Of a DNA stretch of 64,000 bases, positions 60,535 through 64,000 are shown piece by piece. The stretch is from Sminthopsis crassicaudata (Eukaryota), in contig NC_133618.1 in NCBI RefSeq assembly GCF_048593235.1, positions 513,565,675 to 513,629,674 of the forward strand. Reading direction: 5' to 3'. The stretch's first letter is position 1, and each line of letters opens with the position of its first letter. The position numbers and the translations under genes were made by a program. The notes below the pieces were generated by a model. That model was given only the letters and a program-made list of their open reading frames with translations, was not told where the DNA came from and searched no databases.

Positions 60535-60954
60535 ATGTCACTGAAATCACCTGCTGCTTGGATATCACCATCCTCCTCCTCAACTTTAGCCACTACTCCA
60601 GACAATTATTCCTTCCTCTCCATGTCTTACTTCACTTCACAGGAGATGAAGTGTGTTCTACATTGGTTTGCCAACTGGTCAGATCCCCAGCGTGAGCGTT
60701 TCCTGCAGGACTTGGTAACTAAGGCAGTGCCAGGCAAATTACAGCCCCTCTTAGAAGGATTGGAACAGCTTAGTGTGTCTGGAGCAGATCGACCACCACA
60801 CATTTTTGATTGCCAGCTTCGACTCTGGGATCAGTGGTTCCGAAGTTGGGCTGAAGAAGAGCGCAATGAGTTTGTCAGACAACTGGAGGCCAGTGAGCCA
60901 GACTTTGTAGCAAAGTTCTATCAAGCAGTGGCTGCTACAGCTGGTAAGGACTAA
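60535..60954 (+). CDS. C14orf119: C14orf119 homologue, 139 aa, single coding exon (acceptor cag| at 60533, 1 nt before the ATG)
   Basis: MSYFTSQEMKCVLHWFANWSDPQRERFLQDLV...FVAKFYQAVAATAGKD matches the recalled human protein; head-to-head with ACIN1 as in human. Confidence 0.93.
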   Translation: MSLKSPAAWISPSSSSTLATTPDNYSFLSMSYFTSQEMKCVLHWFANWSDPQRERFLQDLVTKAVPGKLQPLLEGLEQLSVSGADRPPHIFDCQLRLWDQWFRSWAEEERNEFVRQLEASEPDFVAKFYQAVAATAGKD

Positions 60955-62134
60955 TAGAAGTCAGTATTATAAAAAACAGCATATGGCTCTTAAGGAGTTG
61001 AGTTGAGAGCTTTTGATGTGGGAATGCCTAGATGTAAGGAAATGTCTGGGATGACATCCACGTCTGTTTTCAGAGTTATTGTTATTGGACTCCTAACCTG
61101 TGGATCACAATAGGTTTTAAAAACTAAGCCAAACCTCATTATTAGCTATTCTGTTTCCTTCACCTTGTCCTAAAATTCTTAACTCTGTCATCCTGATTTC
61201 CTTTGAAAGCTTTGAAAAGAAGCCTGATATCCTGACATCAGGAAAAGGTCTCCCTAGAATTGGTCCACTGGAGGGGGTAAAGGATGGAGGAGTAAATGGA
61301 ACTCCTGAGAAGGGAGCAAGCAATGGACAATAAGTTACCAGGTGGGCTTCAAAAAGCTTAGATAAATCTAGACCAATGATTTACTACTGTACCTTGTCTG
61401 GTTTGGTTTGTAAGCTAAATGTTTGGTTATCAATGGGTCAATCAAATGGAGGGATAGAACAGTGATTACATGCCAAGCTTAAGGAGCTTTGGTTCTTATC
61501 CAATGTTTACAATATTTTTGGAGTCAGTAACAAAAGTTCTTATCTCAAAACTTTGCTCTATGAAGATTATGAAAACAAATGTCAAGTCCTATGGGATGGA
61601 AGGTTTATTTTTATAATTCAAGAAATATGAGGTTCTGGGAATACAAAAACCAAAAATGGCCTTTGCCCATAATGAGCATACAGATACTTGTACAAGAATA
61701 AAAGAATGATCTTGTTTAGTCTAAATGACTTCTTTTTTTCCTTCTAGGACTGCCTTGGGCAAGTAGAAATTTGGGATTACAAATATAATCCATCTTCATC
61801 TTCTTAGTAGTTCCTCCTAGTTTTATAAAATCTTCATTCCTGATTTAGGGTTTTACCCATTTTTCCCTTCTATATGAATGAAAATATGAATTGTCATCCA
61901 TTGTTAATTTTTTTTCCTCCCTACCCGTCTGTGGCTGAGGAAAGGCATTCTTGTTGCTCTAGGTTGATCCAGAACCCTGAAAGAATGCTCAAAGATAAGT
62001 TCAAACCCACATATGGAAAGATATTAAGTGCCTATTGTGTTTCAGGAATGCTTCTGAGCATTTGGGAATGTAAAAATTATAAGTCCAAAAGTCCAAGCCC
62101 TTGAGAAACTTAGATGATTCTCTACCCCTCCCCC

Positions 62135-62265
62135 CCAGGCTGGGGTTAAGTGACTTGCCCAGGGTCACACAGCTAGGAAGTATTAAGTGTCTGAGATCAG
62201 ATTTGAACTCGAGTCCTCCTGAATTCAGGGCTAGTGCTCTATCCACTGCGCTACTTAGCTACCCC
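62135..62265 (-). mobile_element. Young marsupial tRNA-derived SINE (WSINE1/SINE1-like)
   Basis: ggggttaagtgacttgcccagggtcacacagctaggaagtattaagtgtctgagatcagatttgaactc..ctctatccactgcgctacttagctacccc; same family as 45672-45809. Confidence 0.8.
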
Positions 62266-62450
62266 GGAGAAACTTAGATTCTTTGGGAGTGGGAAGGATA
62301 TAACATACAGTCAGTAGGCATAGATAACAACTTGTGAAAAAAAATATAGAAATACAGGGTACATCACACGGGTCTGAAAAAGTGAGATTAGAGACAAATT
62401 GTAAATGTTAAGAGGGACATACGCTGTTCTAGATCCAAGGTAATGTCACA

Positions 62451-64000
62451 TTATGCTTCTCCCATTCCTTCAGAGAGGCTTCTTATTGATCCTGGGAGTT
62501 CTGATGAAGGATTAGAAGCTGATGGTACGACTCGAAGGGAAGCTTGGTATTTCCTGTAGGCCATAGTTCCCCCTGTACCCACCAGAATAAGTAGCATGAG
62601 ACTGAGGCCTATGGGCAGAATTATACCTGGATTTGGGGAAATGAGACCTGATGAGGTCAGCCACCTAGATATAAAAAAGGAATACTTAATGATTAGTTTT
62701 TTGTTTTTTTAATTTTTTAAAGGAATTTTCATTGTATCTCCTGAAATTCTAGGGATATCTCTTTACCACCAACCTAAGTTGTCATCTTCACATAGCAGAG
62801 TTTCTAAAGTAAGGGAAGAGAAAACTAGATTATAGAAGACCTTAAGTGTCCTTTCCAAGTCTTATGTAGCAGCAACTAAATTCATATCATTTCAGGAAAC
62901 TTCAGTATCAGGAAAGAGGTCTACCCTAACCTATGTTGGTGGATTTTGAGGTGAGTCAGGACTACTGATCCCAAAAGCAGGATTTAATAGAAAAGGATCC
63001 TGGATGATAACCTTGGAAAAAGTGGGACTTTGATTCCTTCGGCTTGGAAATGGAGAAGTTCTGTAATTTCACCTGATTAGCAAAAGGTAATCACTGTTAA
63101 TCAGGGGCCATGTCTTTGGATAAGATTTTATATTTTTATAACATAGGGCTGTGTAGGTGTTAAATGCTACTCCTGTCTTTTGGGCTTAAAAGTGCCAAAG
63201 AGTATATGTTGGAATGGCTCCTTACCTATTGTAGTCTGTGGTAAAGGTGGCTTCGCCATATTCCACATTTAATGGTGTATCATTGAGGGATTGACTCAGA
63301 GCTTTATATAGGATCTCAATTGGGGGACCTTGGCATCCAGGAAACTCCCACATGTGCACAGTAAACACCAGGTTAGAGTTTACTGAGGGACTGTGGAAAT
63401 GGCACCTGAATTGACATTACAAAAAGGATAGAGTAGATGAAAGAGTTTCATTTTTTCCTCATATTTAAAAATGTAAATCTCTTGAAGAATAAATTTTAGA
63501 TTTAGGCATTTAGAAAACTGGGTGTCGAAAAACAAATATAGCTTCTTTGGAGAAGGGATATAGAAGTTAGAACCTGGGACCCTTTCAATCCTGACTTAGA
63601 TGTAATATGAGTTAAATATTTACATGTGGGTGTCTGCTCTGATCACCAGGGCCCGCAGTATAGCTTGGCTCAGTTCCTGATACTGCATCTTACTCAGGTA
63701 ATAGCTTGTGGGCCCAGTAAGTCCTAGGGGCAACCGGATCAGCAATCCCAGGGAAAAAGGCCTTGTAGTTGAGAGACGAAGAGACATGCGGTCCTTATTT
63801 GCCTGGCAGAACCGGACCCAGGGACAGAAGAGGAGGCCATGATACCCAGGGACCTGGAAGGAGAAATAAACATATAGCTAGAGGCTTCAACTACATGTTT
63901 CTCATATTCTCAACTATTCCAGATGGGGGGTCTAATTTAGAAGAGAACCATTTTTGTGATCTCTTTATAAATAAGAGATTACTCCCAATTCTTACCTTAA
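62451..64000 (-). CDS. CIROP: CIROP (LMLN2), leishmanolysin-like left-right organizer metallopeptidase; 3' part only, runs off the window end
   Basis: Exons 64000-63996 (tail, |gtaaga), 63853-63624 (VPGYHGLLFCPWVRFCQANK...LSQAILRALVIRADTH), 63405-63226 (CHFHSPSVNSNLVFTVHMWEFPGCQGPPIEILYKAL...FTTDYN), 62664-62451 (WLTSS...IGLSLMLLILVGTGGTMAYRK...GMGEA*). GT-AG sites; phases 0/2/2 close with no stops; C-terminal TM helix; syntenic position next to C14orf119. Confidence 0.88.

Noticed and set aside
63590-63626. Apparent stop after ADTHM suggesting a CIROP pseudogene
   Set aside because: The TAA lies inside the intron (AT|gtaaat); the frame continues in exon 63405-63226.
1-64000. tRNA, rRNA, snoRNA or CRISPR arrays
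   Set aside because: None recognised; tRNA-like A/B boxes belong to SINEs, and this is eukaryotic DNA.

Overview
Mammalian genomic DNA, almost certainly marsupial (inferred from marsupial-type L1 3' ends, tRNA-derived CORE-SINEs and MIR/L2 relics). The block is syntenic with human 14q11.2. Gene order: PSMB11 (+, single exon), CDH24 (-, 11 coding exons), ACIN1 (-, 19 exons plus an internal Acinus-S' first exon), a bidirectional CpG-island promoter, C14orf119 (+), and the 3' exons of CIROP/LMLN2 (-), which the ORF track misses. I walked exon boundaries by hand; phases close for all multi-exon genes except where noted. Main anomalies: (1) an intact spliced CIROP 3' end; (2) an in-frame TAG in the 120-nt ACIN1 exon 4; (3) single-base frame breaks at short homopolymers in CDH24 exon 5, the Acinus-S' first exon and possibly the PSMB11 tail, which could be real or assembly errors; (4) an out-of-frame upstream ATG overlapping the ACIN1 start; (5) a three-part L1 composite inside one target-site duplication; (6) palindromic FOXN1 motifs at PSMB11 and strong CTCF motifs. 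Three N gaps lie in ACIN1 introns. Comparisons with human proteins come from recall, not from a search.
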